A DNA stretch of 44,734 bases from Neoconidiobolus thromboides FSU 785. Taxonomy: Eukaryota > Fungi > Entomophthoromycota. The notes beneath the pieces are model-generated. The model was not told where the DNA came from. It saw nothing but the letters and a program-made list of their open reading frames with translations, and did not search any database. Below, piece by piece: positions 25,441 to 35,712 of the stretch. The position numbers and the translations under genes are program-made. Position 1 is the first letter of the stretch. Each line of letters opens with the position of its first letter. Where the stretch lies: NCBI GenBank assembly GCA_025603075.1, contig MU626419.1, forward strand, positions 1-44,734, written 5' to 3'.

Positions 25441-26559
25441 TATCATTTATTACTTCTTTTTTTATACACCTTGATAAAAGATGTAGTATATAGGGGTGTT
25501 TTTTTTGGCTTTGTTACTTTTTCCACTTTTTAAGCACTATTTAAGTGGAAAGGTTGTTAGTAAAATTCTTAAACAAAAGAATATATCTCCATATGTTATA
25601 GAATCATTATAATTAGATTCTGATAATTCTGATCAAATACTGCCAACAGCTTCAAACAATGCTCTTTCGTTTTGCGGATCTTTCTCTTTGATTGACCGCT
25701 TCCGCTTGGTATAAATAGACTCAGCAGGGTTTAGAAACAGAGAATTTGTGTTCACTTACTTCAATGAGCTTTCTGACATTTGGATCTTTATTAGCATATT
25801 TTCTACGATTATTATTACATCCGATGTATTCATTTGAGCAAACTTGTCTATAATTGATTCAATAAATTGAAAAAAAGATTCTATCAAAAAAGTTTAGTTG
25901 AGTCTGATGTTTGATTATCCCATTTTTATTCATAACATCACAGTAATATATCTTTTGTTTTGAATCCAGGACCGAGGGAAGTAAGCTTTCCAACTTTAAT
26001 TTTCTCCTTTTATACTTGGTGCGCATTGTAATGGAAAATGTTGCTTTATTTATAAAAAATATCCTAAAGTCATCAAAAATTAATTTTTTATTTAGAAAAA
26101 TGCTAGTATAGTGAGATCTCATTTCTAGCATATCTAAACCATTATCCTGAGGGACTGAATTTTCATCTTGAATGGCTAAATAAATACACTTCAAAAAGCA
26201 ATCAAATGCCTTTGTACATCTTGATGTAGTTGATCGGCCTACATTTACCCTCATTTCCTTTAACGGATTCTATTTTATTGCTGGCGTCATACTTTTGCAA
26301 TCTTCATCAACCCAACTTCGTATAGGTTTCTCTTGACTATCTGATAGGGCTCTCGAATTAAGTCTTGGTACTGCTCTCGATTTTCTACTCTGACCTTTCC
26401 TCTCAGTATAATTTCTTATAATGTCATAAACAGTAGTTTTTTTTGTAGCCTGTTATTCTAAGAATATCTTTTATATTATTTTCCTTAATATAAACTTAAT
26501 AATCATTTTTCTCACTTCATTATTCATACTAAACTTTTCTTTCGGGTAATCGATGTCAT
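25441..26559 (-). pseudogene. IS630/Tc1-like transposase-derived paralogue D, pseudogene, interrupted by MITE copy 8
   Basis: Broken frames give TTVYDIIRNY, RSWVDEDC, FFINKATFSITMRTKYK, HQTQLNFFD, FLNPAESIYTK, KEKDPQNERALFEAV and, after the MITE, ILHLLSRCIKKEVIND; several stops and frameshifts. Confidence 0.85.
25491..25591 (-). mobile_element. MITE copy 8, inserted in the coding region of pseudogene D
   Basis: TA(25489-90)-TAGGGGTG...ATATCTCCA-TA(25592-93); both flanks align to the H-M-L codons of paralogues A-C. Confidence 0.9.
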
Positions 26560-27073
26560 TTGAACTTAAAAAAAAGCATATAGCGGTTGGACTTTTTAGA
26601 TTGTTTTTAATAGAAAGTACCCAATTCATTAACTATTGAAAACTAGAAATCTATCCTAAAATTAATTTGATGATTTCATTTGAAGGCTAAGAACTTGATT
26701 TCTCGGATAATTGGCTGTGAAAAAAGTAAAATCAAATAGTGTTATATTTTCTGTTGGAAATATTGTATTGAGTTTCAAGTGATATTTTCTACCAAGACTT
26801 CAGCTACTAATTTAAAAATCAAAATTTGATAAATTGAGCTCCACAAAAAATGGGCAGTATATTGGAGCAGAAAATATCACTACCGCTATTGGTTTGACTT
26901 TTACTTTATATATATCTATGTCCTATATTGCGCTACTTTGTAGATATAATTATATTACTAGCAAATTGCTGCAAAGTATTTTATTTATTGGAAAAAAGGT
27001 ATATTAAGAACATATTAAATTTACAACTAGAAGTTATAAAAAAAACCAAAAAATGAAAGTACAAATGTAATAT

Positions 27074-28099
27074 TTATTCATTAAGGATCTCTTCTTTTCT
27101 GATACATTTTGGTAGTAAACTAAGCATGTGTTCAAAATAACCTTTACAATCAACCTCTGAAATTTCTAGTAAAACTTGTTCTAAAACTTCAAATAATTCT
27201 TCCTCACTTTGTGGATCTTTTCCTCTGACTAACTGCTTCCACTTGGTATACATGGCCTCAACAGGATTTAAAAACTCAGAATAGGATGGTAAAGAAACTA
27301 AATTATACCCTTTTGATTCAATAAATTTCTTCATTGCTGGATCTTTGTCAATATGAGCACTGTCCATAATAATTGTCGCTTCTGATATGCCTTTTTTCTT
27401 TAATTCTTTGATAATTGATTTAATAAATTGATCAAATGACTCAATATCAAAAAGTTTTAATCGAGCCTCAAATTGAACTATTCCGCATTTACTCATAGCA
27501 CAACACATTGATATATTCTTTGTACGAAGTGCAGGAATAAACTTGTTTGACTTTGGTTTTTTAATTATGGCTTTTCTATTCCGACGCATTGAAACACTGA
27601 ATGTTGCTTCATTTATAAAAATAACTTTAGAGTCATCGAGTTTTTCTATGTTATCCACAAAATTATTGGCATAGATAGCTCTGTTTTCCAGAGTAGACGA
27701 ATCGTTATTTTGAGGAGCTAAATTAATACGTTTAAAAGAAAAATGAAAGGCCTTCAGATGTTCATTTATTAAAGATTCGCTTACATTTAATCCCATTTCA
27801 TCCTTCATTTTCTCTTTTATAGCTTTTATTGGGGTGTTGCAGTTTTCATCAATCCAAGAATGCATTATTTCTCTCTGGGATTCCGATATGGTCTTATCTT
27901 GAGGTACTGCTTTTTTTTCTTGAACTTTTAATTTCAATTTTTCAGGGCAATCTTCGCTATTTAGATATTTGTTTATAATTGCTTGAACTGTGGTACGTTT
28001 AAGGCCTGTTTGTTTGGCAATGTTTGTAGCGTTGGTTCCATCAGTATAAGAGTTGATGACACTTTTTCGGTCTTCGTCGTTAATTTTTTGGTATTTCAT
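27074..28099 (-). CDS. IS630/Tc1-like transposase-derived protein A, 341 aa, N-D34E triad
   Basis: Two HTH regions (IAKQTGLKRTTVQAII; IKAIKEKM..VSESLINEHL..FSFKRI), VIFINEATF (normally IDE), IIMDS, LPSYSEFLNPVE with 34 residues between D and E. Intronless; no flanking TIR seen by eye. Confidence 0.88.
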   Translation of the reverse strand: MKYQKINDEDRKSVINSYTDGTNATNIAKQTGLKRTTVQAIINKYLNSEDCPEKLKLKVQEKKAVPQDKTISESQREIMHSWIDENCNTPIKAIKEKMKDEMGLNVSESLINEHLKAFHFSFKRINLAPQNNDSSTLENRAIYANNFVDNIEKLDDSKVIFINEATFSVSMRRNRKAIIKKPKSNKFIPALRTKNISMCCAMSKCGIVQFEARLKLFDIESFDQFIKSIIKELKKKGISEATIIMDSAHIDKDPAMKKFIESKGYNLVSLPSYSEFLNPVEAMYTKWKQLVRGKDPQSEEELFEVLEQVLLEISEVDCKGYFEHMLSLLPKCIRKEEILNE

Positions 28100-28299
28100 T
28101 TTGAGAAGTAAATGACGAATGAAACAAAAGTTTAAAAAAAATCACTTATTGCACTTTATTTTGACATGGTTTTCTGACCAAAATAGTTTTGGTTGGCTGG
28201 TTTTAAAGGGTTAAAAAGTTTATGCTATTTTCTCCTAAAATATTTGAAGATAATCTCCTCTCTATTATTAGCTCTCGTATTTGACTTTAAACTAGAAAC

Positions 28300-29251
28300 A
28301 TGTCATCAACGGACAGAGCGGCCAGTTTAGTATCCGAATGCTTACTTAAAGGCATGATAATGACCACACAAATATGCCCAGATTGTCCAGTAAATTTATT
28401 ATATTATTAAAACCATTTTACTAACTGGTATTGAAGTGCCCTTTGATGAGAGACAGAAAAACAAAGGTGTTGCACTGTCCAGTATGTGAAGAGGAAAAAA
28501 AATTAGGCACGAAAGAAGAGGAAAACTTACAAATTGAAGATATAGTAACAGAAAAAGGGGAAACTTTATCTCCTGAGACGGTTAATAGAGAAGATGATTT
28601 AGAAGCTAATGGAAATAATAAGAAAAGAAGAGACGAAATAAGTGAAACAATTGGAGCAAAACTACTTCAGGGATGGGCACTTTTAGATACTTTATGTCCT
28701 AATAGCAAATGCCAAGGGGTAAGTTTACAATAGTTATTTTTAAATTAGTATTAATTGAAATAGATTCCATTAGTCAGAAATAAAGAAAAGCATAGTTTAT
28801 GTGTAAGCTGTGGAACGCAATACATTTTGGAAAAGGATTACGACGAAAAAATACATGGAGCAAAAAGGAACCTATCTGAAGCTACAGCTAAACCAAAAGA
28901 CGCTGGTGACTTGAGGAAGATGGAGTATAAAAAAAAGGTATTTATTTCCGTATCAATAAAAGCGTTTTTTGATATTTTATATAGTTGAGCTTACCAAATA
29001 CTACATCAAAGTCAATAGAAGTAAAGTCATCTAAAGATAGTTTTAGTAGTCCACAGTATTCTAACTTAAAAGGATCATTTTCGCATAACATTTCTTCGAC
29101 AGAAAAGATAGCTATAGAAAAAATTAATTCACTTAATGACAGATTATCCCAAAGTAATAATATAATTGAGATAGAAAATTTAGCCAAAGCTTTATTAGCT
29201 TTACAAAAATTAGTGGAAAATACAATGACATTAAATAGCGATACAAGATAA
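28300..29251 (+). CDS. SSSCA1: SSSCA1/ZNRD2-like zinc-ribbon protein (Auto_anti-p27 domains), 4 exons
   Basis: SLVSECLLKGMIMTTQICPDC..PLMRDRK..HCPVC and second repeat ISETIGAKLLQGWALLDTLCP..C..VPLVRNK..LCVSC; C-terminal helix EIENLAKAL. Confidence 0.85.
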
Positions 29252-29366
29252 ACAGATTTTGAGTTTTGTTATTATACTTTAATAAATGAAATAAAATTCA
29301 TGACTTTTGGACTCAAGTTTAACACTTTACAGTTCTTTTGTTTAATTAAGTTATTGACTCTATAAT

Positions 29367-29760
29367 TTAATGGACTTTAGTTGGCTTATTTGAGACCTTA
29401 TTATTTTCTGAAGGCAAATTAATATCTTATCTCACAGTTAAATCCAAAATAGCTTTAGCCTGTTGATGGTCATGGATCACAAGCTCCATAACTTCTTGAA
29501 AGCTACCATTATCAGATTGCATCTAGTCTAAACATAAATTTTATCAAATACTAAAGTACAATAGATTACTTATTTAAAATAATACGCTCTTGCACTGAGT
29601 AGTGAGATAGCTATGTCATTTTTAGATACAAGGGCAATGGACCTTCAATTTAGTTTAATAATGCTAAAGGTAGAACAGAGGCTATCAACTAATTATAAAT
29701 TCATTGCTAAAATGACAAGGCGTAGTGTGTAACATTTGCTAAAACCATTGGCTATGCTTT
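29367..29760 (-). pseudogene. Decayed duplicate of the 3' part of RRP41 (unit 1)
   Basis: Translates SFQEVMELVIHDHQQAKAILDLTVR*..SNKPTKVH* vs intact [34 protein letters not shown]; homology continues through the intron into the upstream exon. Confidence 0.85.
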
Positions 29761-30020
29761 TTAGTTCCTGTATTAACTATGGTTTTTTTATGTTTTAAGT
29801 TATGAAATACAAAAATGATGCTGTATATCATTTTATATTTACTTTTTATTTCTTAAATTTATGCAATAATGCTTTTAAACATAGCTATCCTATTTACGCA
29901 AGGCTGATTAAAGCTTATTATTAACAAAAAATAAGTGTAGCCTAAAGACACATTGTAAAACAAAGGTATCAAAACAGAAAATAATAATCATGATAACAAC
30001 ACAAAAGTATTAATCAAATG

Positions 30021-31103
30021 TTATTCATCAATTATCTCCATTCTTTGTAAACATTTTGGTATAAAGCTTAACATATGCTCATAAAACGACTTGCAGTCGG
30101 CATTTGTTATTTCTGACCAAACATTGTTAACAGTCTCAAACAATTCTCTCTCATTTTGCGGATCTTTTTCTCTGATTAACTGCTTCCACTTGGTATAGAT
30201 GGACTCAGTAGGATTTAGAAACAGTGAGTTTGGCGGTAAACAGATCAACCTGTGGCCGCTTGCTCCGATTAGTCTTCTAATACTTGGATTGTTATCAACA
30301 AATACGCTATCCATAATTATTGTCGCTTCTGTTATATTGATTTGAGTAAACTTAAGGATGACTACTTGAATAAATTGATGAAATGATTCCTCATCAAAAG
30401 AATGTAACTGAGTCTGATGCTCAACTATTGCATGTTTATTCATAGCGCAACATAACAAAATGTTTTTTGTATTGAATCCAGGGCCAGTAACAGGAAACTT
30501 TTTATTTATAATATCTTCTTTTTTATATTTTGTACGTGTTGTAATACAAAAAGTTGCTTCATTTATAAAAAACACTTTAGAATCATCAAGTCTTGCTATT
30601 TCACTAACAAAAATACCAACATAAAAAGCCCTCATTTCTAGCGTAGAGAAATCACTTTTTTGGGCAACCAGATCATTACTTTCATCAGTACTTTTTTTTT
30701 TGTGGTGATTTGACCCACTATTTTGATCAGCAGAACTTATACGCTTAAAAGAGTAGTTAAAATCTTTCATACGTCTATGTATACCTGTTATGCCTAAGTC
30801 TATATTCTTTTCATCCTTCAGTTTTTTTGTCATTGTATTTAATGATATGGTGCAGTCTTCATCAACCCAAGCTTGTATAATTTCACTTTTAGAATCGACA
30901 ATTCGTTTTCTAGGACCTAGCTCTGCTTTTTTCTGTTTTTGTTGTCGTCTATAATCCCCTCCATCAAGATATTTTTTTATAATATTGTGAACAGTCCTAC
31001 GCTTAAAACCCATCACTTTGGCAATTAGCCTTGGGCAAGATCCATTAATATAGGAATCGACGATCCTTTCTCTGTCTTCATTGCTAATAAGATTATATCT
31101 CAT
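30021..31103 (-). CDS. IS630/Tc1-like transposase-derived protein B, ~360 aa, N-D34E triad
   Basis: Likely start MRYNLISNEDRERI (31103; the ORF track extends it to 31175); VFFINEATF, IIMDS, LPPNSLFLNPTE (D-34-E); 21-aa in-frame insertion relative to A and C. Confidence 0.88.
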   Translation of the reverse strand: MRYNLISNEDRERIVDSYINGSCPRLIAKVMGFKRRTVHNIIKKYLDGGDYRRQQKQKKAELGPRKRIVDSKSEIIQAWVDEDCTISLNTMTKKLKDEKNIDLGITGIHRRMKDFNYSFKRISSADQNSGSNHHKKKSTDESNDLVAQKSDFSTLEMRAFYVGIFVSEIARLDDSKVFFINEATFCITTRTKYKKEDIINKKFPVTGPGFNTKNILLCCAMNKHAIVEHQTQLHSFDEESFHQFIQVVILKFTQINITEATIIMDSVFVDNNPSIRRLIGASGHRLICLPPNSLFLNPTESIYTKWKQLIREKDPQNERELFETVNNVWSEITNADCKSFYEHMLSFIPKCLQRMEIIDE

Positions 31104-31311
31104 TTTATATATTGAACTATTGTTTAAATTATTAATGATGTCAAAAAATAATTGCCTATCATTTTTCAAATACATAGAGAACTAAGGTCAAATTGTTTTT
31201 GGTTGGCTAGTTTTGAATTTTGAAAAATGCTATATGACTTTGCCCTTTTATGCTAACTTTGCCTTAAGATTAATATTTTCAATTTTTCTAAACAAAACTA
31301 TACTTAAAAGT

Positions 31312-32300
31312 AGCTCAATAACAGATAGAATAAAAAGTTTTTATCTGAATGTTTAATCAAAGACAAAACAATGACCCAATGAATATTTCAAAGTCATTTG
31401 GTTAGCATAACAAACAAATCAAATCAGGCTACTATGTGACATTAAAGTGTCCTTTGATATGAGGTAGAAAAACAAAAATATTGCGCTTTGCATTGTCTGA
31501 CAGAGATAAAAAAGAATAGACATAAAAGGAGAAAATTATGGAAGCTGAAGATAAAGCCAGAAAGAGAAAGAATTGTTACACTTACTAGTTAAAGAGATGG
31601 TAAGTTAAAGGAAAGTTGACCTAACAGGAAATGAAATGGCATGAATGAAATATGTCGAACCAAATTACTTTAAACACAAGCGGTGTTGCACACTTTATAC
31701 TCTAATAACAAATATCAAGAGGTAATAATGTACATTAATTTGAAAATGATAATTAACTAAATATATCCTCCACTAGCTAGAAATAAAGAGAAGCATAGAT
31801 TATATATGAGCTATGAAACAAACTACGTTTCAAAAAAGACTCATAATGCAACAGTCCATACGCATGAATAAACCTACCTGAAATTCCAGATAAAACACAA
31901 AATAAAAGCGACTAAAAAGAGTTGGTATATAAAAGGGAGGTGTTATGGAGATATCGACTAAATATTTTTATATACAAGGGTGTTTTTTTTGTTTCATTTA
32001 TTTCTCCATTTTTTAAGCACTATTTAAGCGGAAAAATTGTTAGTAGAATTCTTAAACACAAATACATCCCCATATCTTGTGTAGTAAAATTTCTAATGCT
32101 ATACTAAAGCCAATAGAAAAAGGCCCACCTAAGAATGTTACTTAAAAGGGTCCTTTCCAAATACCATTTCCTTGACAGGAAAACCACAAACGAAGAAAAA
32201 TATAATTGTTAAGCAATAACTCTTTATTATATAGCAATGTATCTGAGATAGAGCATTTAAAGTAAACTCTATTAGATAACAAAGAAAACGATATAAAATA
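31312..32300 (+). pseudogene. Decayed duplicate of SSSCA1 (unit 2), with MITE copy 9 inside
   Basis: attaaagtgtcctttgatatgaggtagaaaaacaaaaatattgcgc (31441) vs intact attgaagtgccctttgatgagagacagaaaaacaaaggtgttgcac (28430); 5' and 3' parts also align; no open frame. Confidence 0.8.
31975..32072 (-). mobile_element. MITE copy 9
   Basis: TA-CAAGGGTG..TTTTAAGCACTATTTAAGCGGAAAAATTGTTAGTAGAATTCTTAAACACAAATACATCCCCA-TA. Confidence 0.88.
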
Positions 32301-32427
32301 CAGCGGTATTAAATAATTATTTAGATTAAACAGACTTTTAAAATTATATCATTATTCTTTAATAAAATACCGAGGCTTAAAATTGTATTTATATCTGTTA
32401 TCTTTAGTTTATCTATTTAACTATGCC

Positions 32428-32850
32428 ATTAGCTCTGAGGCTTAACGAATTTATTTGGACTTTTTCTACTCCTTAACTTTTACTGCAATCAACTTAATAT
32501 CAAATTTCACACTGAGACACAATATACTTTTAACTAGTGTTGGTATTAACGGATTTCAAGCTTTATGACCTCCTAAAAGCTATCATTATCTATCTCAATT
32601 ATGACCAAAAGATAATATAGGGATGTATTTTTTGTGTTTAAAAATTTTATCAAAAAATTTTTCACTCAAATAGCGCTTAAAAGATGGAAAAGGTGATGAA
32701 GCCAAAAAAACGTCCACATATAGTGCTAAGCATTACTCTGTCTTTATTTTTGAAATTATGAGTTTTAAATGGGAATATGTGATAGCTATTGTTGCTGCTG
32801 TAAATTGTAGAGGCCTCTTTGGTTTACTTGAGCCGTGCTAAACAGCTAGA
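32428..32850 (-). pseudogene. Decayed duplicate of the 3' part of RRP41 (unit 2), split by MITE copy 10
   Basis: caagctttatgacctcctaaaagctatcattatc (32557) vs intact caagctccattacttcttgaaagttatcattacg (35829); tgatagctattgttgct (32779) vs gagacagctaccgttacc (35956). Confidence 0.7.
32618..32718 (+). mobile_element. MITE copy 10
   Basis: TA-TAGGGATGTATTTTTTGTGTTTAAAAATTTT..CTCAAATAGCGCTTAAAAGATGGAAAAGG..AAAAAAACGTCCACA-TA. Confidence 0.88.
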
Positions 32851-33110
32851 AAAAGTAAGCTGTCAACAACTTGCGGTGGTTCAGTTTAAATAGATAAGTT
32901 ATTGAATTGTGCTATAACTACAAAGAATTGTGCTAACATTATATTTACTATCCATATACATTCGATTTTATATTAAAATCATCCTTTTAAAATCACCTGT
33001 TTTTGTAGAATTATCATCAAAAGACAAATACAACATAATAGATCGAAATCTGAAAAATGGAACTTTCAAATAACTAAAAATTAAATGACAATGAAACCAT
33101 AAATACATAT

Positions 33111-34133
33111 TTATTCATAAAGTACTTCTTCTTTTCCTATACATTTAGGCAAAAAATCGAGCATACGCTCATAGAAATCTTTACAATCAGTGTGAGTTAT
33201 TTCTGATAAAGCACTGTTGAAAACATTATATAATTCATCTTCATTTTGTGGACCATTTGCCCTGACTAATTGTTTCCATTTAGCATACATATATTCAATA
33301 GGATTTAGAAACAAAGAATAAGGTGGTAAGCAAATTAAGGTGTGATCGCTTGCTTCAATGGATTCTTTGATCTTTAGATCTTTTTCAATGTACTCATGAT
33401 CCATAATTATCACTGCTTCTTTAATATTCTTTTGAGTAAGTTTAAAAAGAATTGATTTAATAAATTGATAAAATGATTCAGTACTGAAGCGCTTTGGTTG
33501 AGTTTGCCATTCAATAATTTCGGTTTTATTCATACCACAACATATCGATACGTTTTTTTTACGGAGCATATTGTTAAATGGATCAACTTTTATTTTTTTC
33601 TTAGTTATTCTATTAATTGTACGCATTGTAATGTTGAATGTTGCATCATTTATAAAAATAACTCTAGAGTCATTAAGCTTCAATATGTCATTTATGAAGT
33701 TATTGGCATAAAAAGCTCTAAATTCTAAAGTAAGGGTGTCATTGTTTTGAGATGCTAAATTGATACGTTTGAAAGAATAATTAAAGTCATTTAAGCTTCT
33801 GCTTATAATGTCTGCGCTTACTTTGATCTCTATTTCATTCATCAATTTCTTTTTTATTGCATTTATTGACATAGTGGAATCTTCATCAACCCAGGACTGA
33901 ATCATTTTCCTTTGGGATTCTGGCATAATTTTCTTCTTCATTTCTCCTCCTTCTCCCCTGCTTGCTTTTATAGTATAATCCTCTCCATCAATATATTTCT
34001 TTATAATAGTATAAACAGTCCTAGGCCTAAAGCCCATTATTTTAGCAATTTCTTGTTGACGCGATCCATTGATATAGGAGTCAACAATCCTTTCCCTGTC
34101 TTCATTACTTATACGTTTCGGCTTCGATTTCAT
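33111..34133 (-). CDS. IS630/Tc1-like transposase-derived protein C, ~340 aa, N-D34E triad
   Basis: Likely start MKSKPKRISNEDRERI (34133; the ORF track extends it to 34181); VIFINDATF, IIMDH, LPPYSLFLNPIE (D-34-E); HTH IAKIMGFRPRTVYTII. Confidence 0.88.
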   Translation of the reverse strand: MKSKPKRISNEDRERIVDSYINGSRQQEIAKIMGFRPRTVYTIIKKYIDGEDYTIKASRGEGGEMKKKIMPESQRKMIQSWVDEDSTMSINAIKKKLMNEIEIKVSADIISRSLNDFNYSFKRINLASQNNDTLTLEFRAFYANNFINDILKLNDSRVIFINDATFNITMRTINRITKKKIKVDPFNNMLRKKNVSICCGMNKTEIIEWQTQPKRFSTESFYQFIKSILFKLTQKNIKEAVIIMDHEYIEKDLKIKESIEASDHTLICLPPYSLFLNPIEYMYAKWKQLVRANGPQNEDELYNVFNSALSEITHTDCKDFYERMLDFLPKCIGKEEVLYE

Positions 34134-34577
34134 TTTAAATTGAATATTATTTAAGTTTAAATAAAGATAATGAGGAATCATCTTTACAGTATTTCCAATT
34201 CAATTTTGGAAGGCTTCTAAAAGCTCCTTGCCAATTAAACTTTTCAAATTAACTAACTTTCTACAAATCAAAATGTATATTTTATGAGTTTTGTTACTGT
34301 AAACAGATGCATTTTAATCTGCTTAAAATTATCAAATTTACATTAATTGTACTACTATAGTTTTTAATAACCTGGCAGAAATATCAAACAAATCGGCAAT
34401 TTGGGATTAAACGCGTAGCACTTTTACTAATAACATGGAAAATAGTATCAAAATCGGTTTTTAATTGGCTAGTCTTCAAGTATTAAAGAATGGTTTAAAT
34501 TTTTGCCTATAGAGATTACCATGAACATGAACTTTCACAACCTTCAGCTTTCTCGTATTCAAACTTGAGATTGAAAC

Positions 34578-35560
34578 TATATCATCTACAGACACAGTAA
34601 TCAATCCAGTATTAAAATTACTACTTAGAGGTATGTTAATAGTCTTATAGACATGTCCAAATTGTTTAATAAGTCAATTACAATATTGAAATCAGCTTTT
34701 TAACAGGAGTTAAGATGTGCTTTGAAGCAAGATAGAAGAACAAAAATAATAAACTGCATAGTACATAAAAAGACGAAAGCTTGCGAGTTGAAGATAAATT
34801 GCCAGAAAAAACATGTTTGTCTGACTTAGTAGTTAAATAGGTGGTAAGTTAGAAGCTAATAAAATATTAAAAAAGGAAGAGATGGAATAATTATACTTGA
34901 AGCCAACCTACTTCAAGAATGAACACTATTTGGCGCCTGATGCTCTAATAGTGAGTATCGAAGGGCAAATAACAGCGTATTGTAAAATATGAGGATATAT
35001 TTTTTTGTTGAAAAATTTTACTAATAGCCTTTCCACTCAAATAGTGCTTGAGAAATGGAAGTGATGAAACCAAAAAAAAATCCCATGTGCTAGGGTTGAT
35101 TAAAACATATTCCCCCTTTTAGAAATAAGGAGAATTATACTTAATGTATAAGCTGTAAAACAATAATTTTTAGAGAAGGATTGTGATGGGAAAATGCATC
35201 GATCAAAAAAAACTTAGCTGAAAACACAATTAAATTAAAAAATGTTGGCGATGTGAAAGAGGTGGAACATAAAAAAGGCCCTTTTTAAAATAGTTTGAGT
35301 TATTCTATAATACTTTCTACAGCAAAATGTAAATAATGCTATACCAAAGCCAACATAAAAAAATCATATAAAACACTTAATAGCTCATAACGTTTTGACT
35401 CAAAAGGCTCATTTTCTGGTAGCATTTCTTTGAAAGAAAAAACAATTGTAAGAGAAATAATTTACTGAGCGAAAGATTATCATTTTGTAGTATACATTTG
35501 AAATAGAGAGCTTAGCTAAAGCTTCATTAGCTTTATAAAAATCAATAGAAAACATATACA
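34578..35560 (+). pseudogene. Decayed duplicate of SSSCA1 (unit 3), with MITE copy 11 inside
   Basis: ctacttagaggtatgttaatagtcttatagacatgtccaaattg vs intact ttacttaaaggcatgataatgaccacacaaatatgcccagattg; gaaatagagagcttagctaaagcttcattagctttataaaaatc (35500) vs gagatagaaaatttagccaaagctttattagctttacaaaaatt (29168). Confidence 0.8.
34990..35085 (+). mobile_element. MITE copy 11
   Basis: TA-TGAGGATATATTTTTTTG..TTTCCACTCAAATAGTGCTTGAGAAATGGAAGTGATGAAACCAAAAAAAAATCCCA. Confidence 0.85.
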
Positions 35561-35712
35561 TTAAGTAATCATGCTTAATAAAAAGCTTGGGAATATTATT
35601 TCAAAAATTCAATTATTCTTTTTTAATAAAGCGAACTAAAAAAATTACATAGTATCTGAAACTTGCTATTGTAATACTTATTCTATTTAATCAACACTTT
35701 TAGCTCTATAAC

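Noticed and set aside
28185-28198. 14 bp exact match agttttggttggct shared with 35719-35732
   Set aside because: The second site is RRP41 coding sequence (KPTKT); same orientation and unrelated context, most likely chance.
28942-29187. ORFs 28942(-), 33498(+), 33912(+), 35809(+), 36156(-), 38480(-), 23253(-), 24881(+), 15382(-)
   Set aside because: Antisense or off-frame shadows of real genes.
25441-34181. Active Tc1/IS630 transposons, or Fanzor/TnpB-associated elements
   Set aside because: First catalytic Asp is Asn, no TIRs or TA ends seen, flanks are duplicated host genes, and no RuvC/zinc-finger TnpB-like ORF is present nearby.
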